Virus record (IMG/VR): IMGVR_UViG_3300035659_000028
Coordinates: 1-47,455 of that record
Length of the DNA: 47,455 nt
Origin: a virus
Taxonomy: Duplodnaviria > Caudoviricetes
Reading direction: 5' to 3' (one strand)
Part shown: one piece after another, positions 25,336 to 35,555 of the stretch
Layout of the letters: each line of letters begins with the position of its first letter
Numbering within the stretch: the first letter of the stretch is position 1
Position numbers and translations under genes: made by a program
The notes under the pieces: model-generated
The model's database searches: none
Told to the model about the DNA's origin: nothing
The model's input: the letters and a program-made list of their open reading frames with translations, nothing else

Positions 25336-27239
25336 CCAAACCAGAACTCCCAACTCCGTTTCCGAACACACCAGACTTGTGGACCGACCCAAAAACAGGT
25401 ATCGTCGTGCCCAAACATTCGGAACGCAACTTGGCGTGGCGTTTGGACCTATTGGCTAAGGCAGAGAAGGATGAAGGTATGCAACGGGACTTGTTAGCCG
25501 CTTGTGCTGAATCTCAGTTGTTCTTCATCAATGCGTTCTGTATGACTTATCACCAGTTCGATGTTGGACCTGACGGTAAACGACTTGAGTCCAAGTATCC
25601 TGACCAACCCATGATAACGTGGCCTATCCAGGATGAGTTGCTTTCGATATTTGAGACCAACATCCCCAAAGGTGAGGATGTCTTGATTGATAAAGCCCGC
25701 GATATGGGTGCGAGTTGGTGTTGCATCGACTACATTCATTGGTTGATGTTATTCCGGCCCAAGACCACTGAACTCCTTGAGATGAGCCGTAATGAAGATT
25801 ACGTGGACAAACCTGGTAACATGAAGGCGTTGTTCCAGAAACACGACTATATCAATCAATGGTTGCCCAGTTGGATGCGACCAGAAGGTTGTTTTCTTGG
25901 TCAAGTTAATCGACAACACTTGCACTGGTATAATCCCATTACTGGTATTACACTTGATGGTGAGTCCACAACCAAACACGCAGCAAGGGGTGACAGGCGG
26001 TTTGTTGGTTTGCTTGACGAGTTTGGTGCCACTCAGAATGGTGCTGCAATGCGTATGGCTTCGCGCGATTCTTGTCTGGCACGTATCATTAACTCAACCA
26101 GTGTGCCAGGTAGTGAATATAATAAATGGCGTAGCGATGGTACTATCAAGGTTTTTGTTATGCCATTTTGGGAACACCCTGATAAAGGCGCTAATCGGTA
26201 CGTTAAACAGACTAAGAATGGAAAATGGGAAATACGTTCACCTTGGTTTGATTCCGAGGAGAGAATACGCGGGGCCAAACACATGGCCACTGAAGTCCTG
26301 AGAGAGGACACTGAACCAGGTTTGTCATTCTTCGTACAGAATAACATAGACAACCATGAGGCCATGTACGCCAGACCACCTAAGTCAGTATGGGACATCA
26401 AGTGGCGCAAGAATCTGGGTTATGAAGACCTTGCCCATTATATCGCGGACAAAGACCTTAGTATGATCCTGGCCAGGGAACAAGCACTTGGCCCACTCAA
26501 GATTTGGTGTGAGTTGAAGGATGGTAGGTTGGACCAAACCAAATCATACATCTTCGGTATTGATACCGGCAAGGGTCAAGGCGCGTCGAACTCAGTCATT
26601 TCAATCAAGTGTAAGGAGACTGGTGAGAAGGTCGGTGAGTGGGCCGACGCTACATACCCTCCGTATGATTTCGCCCAGATAGTGCTGGCTGTTGCCCTTT
26701 GGATTGGCGGGGCCAAACCGCTTCGATTGCCGTTCCTTAAGTGGGAAAAGAATGGACCGGGTTGGGATTTGGGTCGTATCATAGTCAAGAAGTGCCTGTA
26801 CCCATATTTTTATCGTGGTGAGACGACTGATAAGATCACTACTACTAAGAACAAAACGTATGGGTTCCAAACAGGTCGTGACAGTAAGTATATGTTGTTA
26901 TCGGCATACGACAAGGCTTTAACCGACGGGACGTATATCAACCGGTCAAAAATAGCACTGGAAGAAGCCAGAACCTATATTCATTTTGAAAATGGCGGGG
27001 TAGGCCCCGCTATGTTGATGCAGGAAAGTGCTACAGCCAAACGCACACATGGTGACAGAGTTATGGCTGATGCTCTTACGATTGAAGATAAAGAGATGCC
27101 CAAGGTTAAAACGGATAAAAGTGGTCCGTCTGTGTATTCAGCCGGGTATCGGTTTTTGCAATACATCAAAAACAAACGACGGCAGGGGAAGTTGGGGTTT
27201 CCTAAAAAACGCATTTTTGACTTTTCCGGGGTCTGTTGA
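25332..27239 (+). CDS. terL: Terminase large subunit
   Basis: KARDMGAS Walker A variant, LLDEFG Walker B, NST, GIDTGKG and HGDRVMA RNase H acidic residues. Confidence 0.92.
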   Translation: MTKPELPTPFPNTPDLWTDPKTGIVVPKHSERNLAWRLDLLAKAEKDEGMQRDLLAACAESQLFFINAFCMTYHQFDVGPDGKRLESKYPDQPMITWPIQDELLSIFETNIPKGEDVLIDKARDMGASWCCIDYIHWLMLFRPKTTELLEMSRNEDYVDKPGNMKALFQKHDYINQWLPSWMRPEGCFLGQVNRQHLHWYNPITGITLDGESTTKHAARGDRRFVGLLDEFGATQNGAAMRMASRDSCLARIINSTSVPGSEYNKWRSDGTIKVFVMPFWEHPDKGANRYVKQTKNGKWEIRSPWFDSEERIRGAKHMATEVLREDTEPGLSFFVQNNIDNHEAMYARPPKSVWDIKWRKNLGYEDLAHYIADKDLSMILAREQALGPLKIWCELKDGRLDQTKSYIFGIDTGKGQGASNSVISIKCKETGEKVGEWADATYPPYDFAQIVLAVALWIGGAKPLRLPFLKWEKNGPGWDLGRIIVKKCLYPYFYRGETTDKITTTKNKTYGFQTGRDSKYMLLSAYDKALTDGTYINRSKIALEEARTYIHFENGGVGPAMLMQESATAKRTHGDRVMADALTIEDKEMPKVKTDKSGPSVYSAGYRFLQYIKNKRRQGKLGFPKKRIFDFSGVC

Positions 27240-27241
27240 TA

Positions 27242-29050
27242 ATGACCAAACATATTGAACCAAGTCAGATTGAACAGATTGTGATTTTGGGGTTTGAACG
27301 AGTCGAACGATTCGCCAAAGTGACACGTCAAATGTTCAAATCGTATGTTCCCATGTATTATCAAATGGAAAAAGGAGAGTGTAGTGAACCGTTGAATTTA
27401 GTGTTCAACACAATACGCGCGTATGTGCCTAATCTGGTCATGCAGAATCCCGTTACTCATGTAACTACCTCGTTTCAAACATATAAAATGTATGCGGAAC
27501 TCCTTGGTCTCGGTCTCGATACAACGGCCAGACAGATAAAACTCAAGGATGAACTCCGAACTTGGATAACAAATGCCTTGTTTGGGTGGGGTATCATGCG
27601 AGTAGGTATAAAAGCCACAGGCGAACTACTCAATTTTGACGACATCATGGTTGATAACGGTCAGGTCTATGCTCGCAATGTCAGTCTAAGCAACTTTGGT
27701 TTTGATCCCACCTGTACTCATATCAATAGAGCCAGATGTTTGTGGGATAGAGTGACTATTCCCCGCCAGATACTGTTAGATACTGACGGTTTCGATCACG
27801 ATATTATCGAACAATTACCTTCGTCTCCTACCAATATACAAAAGTCTCTGTCTGATATGACGACTTCGACCGAGGCGAGGGGCGCTATGGTCAAGCTTCA
27901 AGATGAGGTTGACATAGTACAGATGTACGTGCCGGAAATCGAGTCCATTGTCATAATGGGTGATCCGGCTCAGAAACGCCAAGGCAAATTCCTCAAGATT
28001 ATGGAGTTCAACGGCCCCAAAGAAGGGCCTTATGTGTTCTTGTCGTTTTCTCCACCTGTTGATGAAAACCCGTTCCCAGTCCCCCCAGTTTCAGTTTGGT
28101 ATGAATTGGCCAAAATAGCCAATCGGGTTTTTGTCAAAATGATAAATCAGTTCGAGAATCAAAAGGATGTCGGATTATACAATCCGGCCCAAGTGGATAC
28201 AGTCAGCCAGATTGAGGAAGCAGTAACCGGCGACTGGGTCTCTACAATGGACCCGAAAGGAATTAACGTAGTCTCATTCGGAGGACAGAATGAGAAGAAC
28301 GAACGGTTTATGCAGGAACTCTACACTATCTATAACATGATGGCAGGGAATCCAGAACTCATATCTGGCCAAAGTATGCCTGGCGGGAGAGGTACGACAG
28401 CTACAGCGGTCCAAGCGCTTCAAGGTAACGCTTCTATTGGTATCGAAGATATGCGGGATATAGTGTATGATTCGACTGCTGAAGTCCAACGCCGGATAGC
28501 ATGGTACCTGCACACCGATCCGTTCATTGAACTGCCGCTTACTAAGAGGGGTACTGGCGGTGAAGAAGTACAGTTGAATCTCACGCCCGAACAACGTATG
28601 GGCGACTTCCTTGATTATACATTCAAGATCGTGGCCCGGTCAATGACTAAAATGGACCCGATGGTACGTTCCAAACGTATTGTTGAGTTCTGCACTAATA
28701 TCATACCAGGTGCTGCCCAGACTGCTATGGTTCTGATGCAGATTGGTCAACAGTTTAACATAGCCAAGTATCTGAACCAGATCGCATTTGAAATGGGGAT
28801 TCAAGACATCGTAGAGGATATGTTCAATGATCCTGAATGGCAACAGAAGATGGAAATAATGATGTTACTTGGCCCACAGAATCCAGGTAAGGCCGGCGGC
28901 GGTGGGTCCATAGCCGGGGCCACCCAGAATAAAGGTAACGCGATGGCGCGTCCTATTTCTATGCCCGGTCAGGAGTTCAACCAACAGGTCCAGTCAACTG
29001 CGGCGATTGGACAGAGTATGAACCAGGGTATGACAGTGGGAGGTTATTGA
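27242..29050 (+). CDS. Portal protein
   Basis: ~600 aa after TerL, TATA motif, Gln/Met-rich C-terminal tail as in P22-like portals. Confidence 0.85.
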   Translation: MTKHIEPSQIEQIVILGFERVERFAKVTRQMFKSYVPMYYQMEKGECSEPLNLVFNTIRAYVPNLVMQNPVTHVTTSFQTYKMYAELLGLGLDTTARQIKLKDELRTWITNALFGWGIMRVGIKATGELLNFDDIMVDNGQVYARNVSLSNFGFDPTCTHINRARCLWDRVTIPRQILLDTDGFDHDIIEQLPSSPTNIQKSLSDMTTSTEARGAMVKLQDEVDIVQMYVPEIESIVIMGDPAQKRQGKFLKIMEFNGPKEGPYVFLSFSPPVDENPFPVPPVSVWYELAKIANRVFVKMINQFENQKDVGLYNPAQVDTVSQIEEAVTGDWVSTMDPKGINVVSFGGQNEKNERFMQELYTIYNMMAGNPELISGQSMPGGRGTTATAVQALQGNASIGIEDMRDIVYDSTAEVQRRIAWYLHTDPFIELPLTKRGTGGEEVQLNLTPEQRMGDFLDYTFKIVARSMTKMDPMVRSKRIVEFCTNIIPGAAQTAMVLMQIGQQFNIAKYLNQIAFEMGIQDIVEDMFNDPEWQQKMEIMMLLGPQNPGKAGGGGSIAGATQNKGNAMARPISMPGQEFNQQVQSTAAIGQSMNQGMTVGGY

Positions 29051-29247
29051 TGGTCAACATAATCCCTACAAACGACTTCATACAACATACATTCGATCCT
29101 ACATGTATTTGTCAACCTGGTTTGGACTTCGACGAACAAGACAGGATGCTCGTATTTCATAGTTTCGTTGATTCGCGGACTAAATCGAGATTACCAATTA
29201 AGAAACGCTGGGAGACAATCAATGATAACCCATGCCTTTGTGTGTGA
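29047..29247 (+). CDS. Small His/Cys protein
   Basis: IIPTND..H....CICQP...H. Confidence 0.55.
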   Translation: MMVNIIPTNDFIQHTFDPTCICQPGLDFDEQDRMLVFHSFVDSRTKSRLPIKKRWETINDNPCLCV

Positions 29248-29560
29248 CGACTGTAATATAGAAGTTACTGATATAGATACGCGCAAGGTTCATATCTGTC
29301 CGCAATGTGGATGTGATATGCGTTGGAACTTGGTTGGTAATGCAAGTGTGTGTGGCGACTATGAACACATCAGCGAATCACTCGCCATACACCCGGACCA
29401 GACAATGGAACATAAGATAAAGTTTCCAGATATTGACGTACTACCTGATGGCCGGTTGCGGTTTACCAGTGTACGACAACAGGAACAGTATGCGAATAGT
29501 TGTGGATTTGATAAAAAAGAACAGAGGAAACATAATCTTGGAAAACAGAGGATAGCATGA
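29222..29560 (+). CDS. Zn-ribbon (FmdB-like) protein
   Basis: FVCDDC...CPQCG..M; GGAG RBS. Confidence 0.65.
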   Translation: MITHAFVCDDCNIEVTDIDTRKVHICPQCGCDMRWNLVGNASVCGDYEHISESLAIHPDQTMEHKIKFPDIDVLPDGRLRFTSVRQQEQYANSCGFDKKEQRKHNLGKQRIA

Positions 29561-29772
29561 GTACATTAACAGAACGTAAATCAGCGCGTAAACAATATAA
29601 ACGTGCGGCTGAGATGACCAAACCAGGTGAAGGTGCGCGATTTGCAGCGGTTGAGAAAGCTGCTAAACTCGGCGGGGTCAAGAACCCTGGTGCAGTAGCG
29701 GCTTCTATAGGCCGCAAAAAATATGGCAAGGCCGCGTTTCAGAAGATGGCTGCCGCAGGAAAGAAAAAATAA
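29557..29772 (+). CDS. Small basic protein
   Basis: NPGAVAASIGRKKYG; GAGG RBS. Confidence 0.65.
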   Translation: MSTLTERKSARKQYKRAAEMTKPGEGARFAAVEKAAKLGGVKNPGAVAASIGRKKYGKAAFQKMAAAGKKK

Positions 29773-29784
29773 TGGGTAAGGAAA

Positions 29785-30024
29785 ATGATGACCCTGGACC
29801 TGGGAACACTGTTGCAGATAATGACGATCACTTGTTCCCTGGTGGCGGCGCAACTCTTAACAAGAAAGGGAACCGAACGATGGGGTTATTTGGTTATGTT
29901 CGTGAGTTTGCCAGTGTACGCCGCGTTGGAATGGTATTACCGAGAGTGGGTCTATTTTTGCCTCAACCCCATATATGTCTTTTTATATATTAAAGCGCTT
30001 AAAGAACATTGGAATAAATCCTGA
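29785..30024 (+). CDS. Small multi-pass membrane protein
   Basis: Three hydrophobic segments; AAGGA RBS. Confidence 0.55.
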   Translation: MMTLDLGTLLQIMTITCSLVAAQLLTRKGTERWGYLVMFVSLPVYAALEWYYREWVYFCLNPIYVFLYIKALKEHWNKS

Positions 30025-30075
30025 CATACTGACCCCGGTGTGTAAAACCGGCCAACTATATAAAGGATAAAGAAT

Positions 30076-31143
30076 ATGAGCGAAGAACTCACACAAGAAG
30101 AACAAGTAGTTGATGCCAAGGCCGACAAAATGTTGGCCGAAAAAGCATTATTGGAAGCGTCAAGGATAAACCTTGATAAAGTGTTTGGTGATGAGCCTAC
30201 CCCGGAACCAGAACCTACCCCGGAACCTGAGTCGAAGTCAGAATCGGAACCCGACCCTCAGTCAAAACCTGAGCCGGAACCCGAACCTGAACCAGAACTG
30301 AAACCGGCAGGTGAACCAGAACCAAAACCGGCAGGTGAACTGACCCAGGCCGAAATCCGAGCGGCCAAACATCTCGGATGGTCAGAGGATGAAATAAAGG
30401 AATTGGCGCAGGCCAACCCTGACCTTGCTAAGAAGACCTGTGTTAAAGCACTTGAGAGTACCAACAATCTGTCAAAGAAGTTCTCAGAACTTGGTAAGGC
30501 ACAGGTCAGCAAACCTGAACCTAAACCAGAACCCAAACCAGAGTCAAAGCCAGAACCCAAAGGTATTGACTTTACCACTCTGGAAAAGGAGTATGAGAAC
30601 GATCCCATAGTTGGGGTACTTAAACAGGTTGTTGAACAGAATCAGATATTGGCTAAAGAACTTGGGGTATTGCGAGAAGGCAGTACTAAAGTTGATGATA
30701 AGGCCACCCAAGCGCAGATTCAGGAAGATGCAGCTATATCCCAACAGATTGATTCTTTCTTTGCTCGTCCCGATGTGGTAGAATACAAGGAAGTATATGG
30801 CGAGGTTGTAAAGGGAGAAAAGAACTGGGACAACTTGACCCAGGCCCAGATTAAGAAACGCTGGGGTGTTGTTGAACAGGCCAACTTGATTCTACTCGGT
30901 GCGAAACAACAGGGAATGGACATGCCTTTGGAAGAGGCATTTGAACGTGCTCATTTGCTCGTCACTGATGACGTGCGAGAGCAAACTATAAGGAAACAAA
31001 TCAAGGCCAAAGCTGTAAAGCGCGCTAAGGCCATTACGTTTGAACCTACAGACCCGGCCAAATCCCAAACGGGTAAAGCCAAGACTCAGTCTGAGGTTCA
31101 CACGAACGCCAAGGCTGGCCTCAAAAAAGTTTTTGGGAGTTAA
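30076..31143 (+). CDS. Capsid scaffolding protein
   Basis: Acidic, PE/PK repeats, helical, basic C-terminus, directly before capsid gene. Confidence 0.8.
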   Translation: MSEELTQEEQVVDAKADKMLAEKALLEASRINLDKVFGDEPTPEPEPTPEPESKSESEPDPQSKPEPEPEPEPELKPAGEPEPKPAGELTQAEIRAAKHLGWSEDEIKELAQANPDLAKKTCVKALESTNNLSKKFSELGKAQVSKPEPKPEPKPESKPEPKGIDFTTLEKEYENDPIVGVLKQVVEQNQILAKELGVLREGSTKVDDKATQAQIQEDAAISQQIDSFFARPDVVEYKEVYGEVVKGEKNWDNLTQAQIKKRWGVVEQANLILLGAKQQGMDMPLEEAFERAHLLVTDDVREQTIRKQIKAKAVKRAKAITFEPTDPAKSQTGKAKTQSEVHTNAKAGLKKVFGS

Positions 31144-31146
31144 ACT

Positions 31147-32244
31147 ATGGGTTACAGACCAGAAGATATTGCAGACCTTCTTGCGACGACACTGGCTGAC
31201 CTGCCCGATCAGGAATTGGAATATGCTCTGCAACACAATGAGTATTTCTGGACCTCTCTGTTCCAGGAAAAGAATATCCAAGTCGACGGCGGGACCAGTA
31301 TTCAAAGGAAGGTTTCGTTTGACACCTCCGGTAATGCTCGGTATCGTTCAATGTTTGATACCGATGAGCCTAAGTTCGGAGACAGTATTCATACCATCGA
31401 AGTGCATTGGGCGTTGGTCGGTACTAATGCTTCGTGGGATGAGTTCGAGATTCTTCAACAGAAGAATTCGGAAAAAGGTTACGTTAATCTCGTTCAGACA
31501 CGGAAGGACAAGTCGATTATCGACCTCGCTGACCTCATCGAAGAGACGATGATTGCTGCTCCCGCGTCTGCTACGGATAAAAAAACGCCGTTTACTCTAC
31601 CCTATTATCTGAGAGTCCTTAATACGGCTGGGACTATCAATACTTCGGCTGGGTTTAACGGCGCAACCGTTACATACGGCAATGGTACAACTGGTACAGT
31701 CATTGCTGGCATCGACGCCGCTGTTGAGGAAAAATGGCGCAACTGGTGTGCCCCGTACACTACAATTAACAATGCGTTCCTCAAGGCATATCGTCAGGCG
31801 TGTATCAAGACCAGGTTCCGTCCACCGATTACCCTGGATACTCCTTTGATGAAAGAACGTAAGGCAAAGATGGTATCGATTGCTGGAACTGGTATGGTAC
31901 TTGACATCATGGAACTGGTGGACAAGAAAGATGACAACCATACAGCGACTGGTAAGGAAGCCCTTGGTGGGTTACTGGTAGTCAACGGTGATTTGGTGAG
32001 TATCAACCGCACCCCTATTCTCCCCTTGGATACGTTGGATAGTGCGAGTTACACACCCCTTTACACCATTGACTTGGCCTACTTTAAACCAGTTGTTCAC
32101 GACGGATATTGGATGAAAGTTACACCCCCTATGGTTGGTGGTAGGATGCAACATACTACCTACACGTCGTTCATTGATGGCGCGCATAACATTCTTGTCG
32201 AGAACATTCGCAAGTGCGGTTTTGTTCTGCACAAGATTACGTAA
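31147..32244 (+). CDS. Major capsid protein
   Basis: 365 aa, DGGTSI early motif, position after scaffold. Confidence 0.8.
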   Translation: MGYRPEDIADLLATTLADLPDQELEYALQHNEYFWTSLFQEKNIQVDGGTSIQRKVSFDTSGNARYRSMFDTDEPKFGDSIHTIEVHWALVGTNASWDEFEILQQKNSEKGYVNLVQTRKDKSIIDLADLIEETMIAAPASATDKKTPFTLPYYLRVLNTAGTINTSAGFNGATVTYGNGTTGTVIAGIDAAVEEKWRNWCAPYTTINNAFLKAYRQACIKTRFRPPITLDTPLMKERKAKMVSIAGTGMVLDIMELVDKKDDNHTATGKEALGGLLVVNGDLVSINRTPILPLDTLDSASYTPLYTIDLAYFKPVVHDGYWMKVTPPMVGGRMQHTTYTSFIDGAHNILVENIRKCGFVLHKIT

Positions 32245-32257
32245 AAGGAGAAAAGAA

Positions 32258-33040
32258 ATGAAGTCAATTCAAAGAGTCGATTATCTCGGCATGGCTGGAA
32301 TCGTTCAGAGTGTTTCCAGAGGTGCTTGGGATTTTATTTACCGTGTTTCCACTGTGAGAGACACAAAGTGGAACATCGGTGACAGAGTTGTATTGCCCGA
32401 TGGCCGGGAGTTTGTGTACTCCAAGTCGTCTGCGGCTTGTATCTCTGGTCAAGGTTGTGAGTTTACGTATACCGGTTACACAGCTATCACCACATTTGGT
32501 GTATCGGCTGCGGTCGGTGTTGTATCTGTAACGGTTCCTGCTGCTACCCACGCCACTTTGACTGAGGATGAGTTGGCTGGCGGTTACATCTGTATCTTTG
32601 ATGGTTCCACCAACAACACTCAGTTCAGAGGTATAGTTGGCAATGCTGCGGCCGCTTCTGGCGCGGCTTTTGTTGTCTATCTGGATGGCGCGCTTACAGA
32701 GGCAGTTGTTGCTGCTACTTCAAAGTGTGAGACGTACCAGAACCCGTATGCGGCTCTTCGCACCGGCACAGATGTTGCTTTGGCAAAGGCAGGCGTTCCT
32801 GCGGTTAAAGTCACTGCTGGGAGTATGTATTTTTGGGTTCAGCGCGCGGGTATTACATGGGCGGCTCCCCAAAGTGGCATCACCGGAAAGAATCGCGGTG
32901 CTTGTTGGCGACATGACGGATCGCTTGATACGATTGATAATGGAGTGGAAGATAACGCTTACGTATCTTCACAGATTGCTGGTTACGCTGTAACTGGTTC
33001 TGCGGAAGGTAACGGTCCTCTGTTCATGTTGCAGGGTTAA
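32258..33040 (+). CDS. Capsid decoration/cement-like protein
   Basis: GDRVVLPDGREFVY...YFWVQRAG; strong RBS; followed by terminator. Confidence 0.6.
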   Translation: MKSIQRVDYLGMAGIVQSVSRGAWDFIYRVSTVRDTKWNIGDRVVLPDGREFVYSKSSAACISGQGCEFTYTGYTAITTFGVSAAVGVVSVTVPAATHATLTEDELAGGYICIFDGSTNNTQFRGIVGNAAAASGAAFVVYLDGALTEAVVAATSKCETYQNPYAALRTGTDVALAKAGVPAVKVTAGSMYFWVQRAGITWAAPQSGITGKNRGACWRHDGSLDTIDNGVEDNAYVSSQIAGYAVTGSAEGNGPLFMLQG

Positions 33041-33050
33041 AGTGTTCGTT

Positions 33051-33087
33051 GCCTCTGGGGGCGTATATGCCCCCAGAGGTTGTTATT
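33051..33087 (+). terminator. Hairpin terminator after capsid genes
   Basis: CCTCTGGGGGC/GCCCCCAGAGG perfect stem then TTGTTATT. Confidence 0.75.
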
Positions 33088-33104
33088 ATCGAAAGGGGAA
33101 AACA

Positions 33105-33395
33105 ATGTTCGACAAGAAACAAGTACAAGAAGCGATTAACAGGGTGGACACATTACTGGGACGGGCAAGAATAGTTGAACCTATATTGTCCCGGCAAGAT
33201 CATATAACTCTGGTCAATGACATGCGGTTGATTCAAGGATGTTGCATGGAGTATTTCGAGGAACAAGAAGATGACAGAACCATCAAGTTTGTTGACAGTG
33301 TTGGGACTGGCAACCAGGATTGCAAAGGAAGCGGGAACAGCATACAGGGGGACGAACGGGACGGATCGGGCGATGCCCCCCGTGAACAAAGATGA
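33105..33395 (+). CDS. Hypothetical protein
   Basis: AGGGG RBS; 3' end overlaps next gene. Confidence 0.5.
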   Translation: MFDKKQVQEAINRVDTLLGRARIVEPILSRQDHITLVNDMRLIQGCCMEYFEEQEDDRTIKFVDSVGTGNQDCKGSGNSIQGDERDGSGDAPREQR

Positions 33396-34578
33396 CCTGG
33401 AAGACATCAAACAGGTAATCAACGACGGCATACGGCAGTTCGAGTCTGACGCTCCGACTTCGGGATGGCAGTGGCGTAGGCGGATACTCCAGGTTAATAT
33501 ATCAGGTTTAGAGATAACTGGTATTGTTGATTCAGTGACTGATCCTGCATTACCCTCGACACCTACATTGGTGGATTTGGCACTTGCGTCTGTCTATGAC
33601 ACAAACGACGACTTAAACGGATATTGGATTTACATTCTGACTGGAACAGGTCAGTATAGTTACGCGCAAATCACTGATTACGTTGCGGTGACTGGGACAA
33701 TTACTGTCGTTGATTGGTTAGATGCAAACGGTAATACTGGCGGAGTTCATCCTGCGGCTTCCAGTACCTATATCATAACTCGATACGAAACAGTAGGTGG
33801 TGACATAGCCCGGTATCCATTACCGGAGAACTTCGGTGGAGAGATTAACGGGCCGATAGGTTATTACAAAGATGCCAACCACAGTCAGTTTATCGGTTGG
33901 ACATCCGAGGCCATCATCCGCAATCAACAACAGGCGAGTGGTGGTACTGGTTATCCATATCTCGCCGCTATACGTTCACTTGAACCGACTTCGTCTTCTC
34001 TCGGGCCTAAACGCAGGTACGAATTGGCGTTATACCCTGACCCGGTTCAGGTTGACATACTTGAGTTCCCTTACATTCTGGTTTTCAATGGCGTTGATTT
34101 TGAGACTGGTGTGGCTACTGGTGGGTCAACTTTGACTGTGGCGGATACTTCAAGAGACGAACCCGATAACTATTTCAACGGTTGGCGTATTGACATCATA
34201 GGTGGAACAGGACGCGGGGCCTATGCTATAGTGACAGATTACACCGGGTCAACAGGCGTGTTTACTGTGGCTGATTGGCTTGGTGGTCCCTCTGATCCTA
34301 CTGTTGATAGTGTGTACTTTGTACAACCCGCAAACAATTTGCATCCAGCCGGGGTCAAGTTCGATGAGGTGGTCAAGGCCGCGTGTCTGGCAGAGGGAGA
34401 ACAATACTTTGAAGGCAAGGCCCCGTCCGGTGCGTTTTCAGGGGCCATCGAACGATACGTTCAAAAAGCATTACCAAAGGCATACGAGGCTGATACCCGT
34501 AGTCTTATGTTTACTAAAGTCGGCAAACAGCCGAGACAATTACGAACCTGGTCAATAGTGGAGAAAGACAATGAGTGA
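33271..34578 (+). CDS. Head-tail adaptor (tail tubular A-like) with two inserted beta domains
   Basis: Helical N-terminus ..INDGIR..W.W, YPLPENF, LYPDP; duplicated GTG..ITDY..TV.DW domain. Confidence 0.65.
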   Translation: MTEPSSLLTVLGLATRIAKEAGTAYRGTNGTDRAMPPVNKDDLEDIKQVINDGIRQFESDAPTSGWQWRRRILQVNISGLEITGIVDSVTDPALPSTPTLVDLALASVYDTNDDLNGYWIYILTGTGQYSYAQITDYVAVTGTITVVDWLDANGNTGGVHPAASSTYIITRYETVGGDIARYPLPENFGGEINGPIGYYKDANHSQFIGWTSEAIIRNQQQASGGTGYPYLAAIRSLEPTSSSLGPKRRYELALYPDPVQVDILEFPYILVFNGVDFETGVATGGSTLTVADTSRDEPDNYFNGWRIDIIGGTGRGAYAIVTDYTGSTGVFTVADWLGGPSDPTVDSVYFVQPANNLHPAGVKFDEVVKAACLAEGEQYFEGKAPSGAFSGAIERYVQKALPKAYEADTRSLMFTKVGKQPRQLRTWSIVEKDNE

Positions 34579-34828
34579 TATAGGATTCAAACTTGAAACG
34601 ATGATCCCGATGCCAGCAGCATCCAGTTCTGTACGACCGATTATCACAACGGAAGACGGCGTATTACTTTGTTACGGTAGTGCTGCGCACACAGTGTTAG
34701 AGGCCGAAACGGATGTATATGCACCTGGGTGTCTTTACATCAAATCGCTTACCGCTGGTTCGTCTATCTTGTACGTTAATGAAGGGACCAGAACGACCCC
34801 GGACTTCGACGCAGTTAGTGTGGCTTAA
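34571..34828 (+). CDS. Small structural protein with fibre-joint-like motif
   Basis: APGCLYIK...LYVNEGT...PDF. Confidence 0.55.
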   Translation: MSDIGFKLETMIPMPAASSSVRPIITTEDGVLLCYGSAAHTVLEAETDVYAPGCLYIKSLTAGSSILYVNEGTRTTPDFDAVSVA

Positions 34829-34848
34829 CCCGCCCTGTGAACCGTTTT

Positions 34849-34887
34849 AGGGGCCGGGTTGCTTCCCCTTGCCCGGCCCCACATTTT
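34849..34887 (+). terminator. GC-rich hairpin, possible terminator
   Basis: GGGGCCGGG/CCCGGCCCC then ACATTTT. Confidence 0.55.
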
Positions 34888-34898
34888 GAGGTGCGACT

Positions 34899-35129
34899 TT
34901 GGAAATTCCATTTCCCTTCGCGGGCCTGCATGTCGGTTTGGCGTCCGAACGTCAACCCCCGGCCACGTCCCCGCACTTGAAAAACGTGCGCCCGTATGAC
35001 GTAGAACAAGGTCGGGCCAGAGGTGGTCAAAGACCTGGGTTTGTCAAGGCGTACACGACGCCGATTGGCGGTGCGCATCCTGTGTTGTTAATCGAGACCA
35101 TTACAACAACGTATATAGAACCCGTTTAG
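34899..35129 (+). CDS. Putative N-terminal fragment of tail nozzle protein
   Basis: GAGGTG RBS, TTG start; IPFP..G...L.NVRP....G...RPG resembles nozzle N-termini. Confidence 0.6.
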   Translation: MEIPFPFAGLHVGLASERQPPATSPHLKNVRPYDVEQGRARGGQRPGFVKAYTTPIGGAHPVLLIETITTTYIEPV

Positions 35130-35137
35130 GAGATAAT

Positions 35138-35554
35138 ATGGCAGCGGAACTACATACGCCAGGGCTTCAGTTTTTACTTGAAGTGGCGTTTTCAGAACAA
35201 CAGAGTGTCCCAACGAATTTTTATATAGGTTTGGCTACTGATGCCTCATTGGCAGAAGGTGCTACTCTTGCGTCGCTTACTGAAGTTTCTGGCACTGGTT
35301 ATGCCCGGCAAACGGTGGCCTCAAATAACACTGATTTTACGTCAGCGACAACCGGGACCAACGACCGCAAAGTAACGACCAAGACAGTGACATTCACAGC
35401 GGGAGGAACCTGGACAGGGGCCAATACCGTGTTTTTGGCTACTACAGTTGACGGTTCCGGTAAACTAATAGCGTCCGCTCCTTTGAGTGTAACGCGCACG
35501 CTTGGTAACGGTGACAGTCTGACCGTGTCTATGGAAATTGATCTGACAGGTTAA
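35138..35554 (+). CDS. Virion structural protein (tail-associated)
   Basis: YIGL...EVSGTGYARQ...TF...W...G.L...GDSLTV pattern. Confidence 0.7.
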   Translation: MAAELHTPGLQFLLEVAFSEQQSVPTNFYIGLATDASLAEGATLASLTEVSGTGYARQTVASNNTDFTSATTGTNDRKVTTKTVTFTAGGTWTGANTVFLATTVDGSGKLIASAPLSVTRTLGNGDSLTVSMEIDLTG

Positions 35555-35555
35555 T

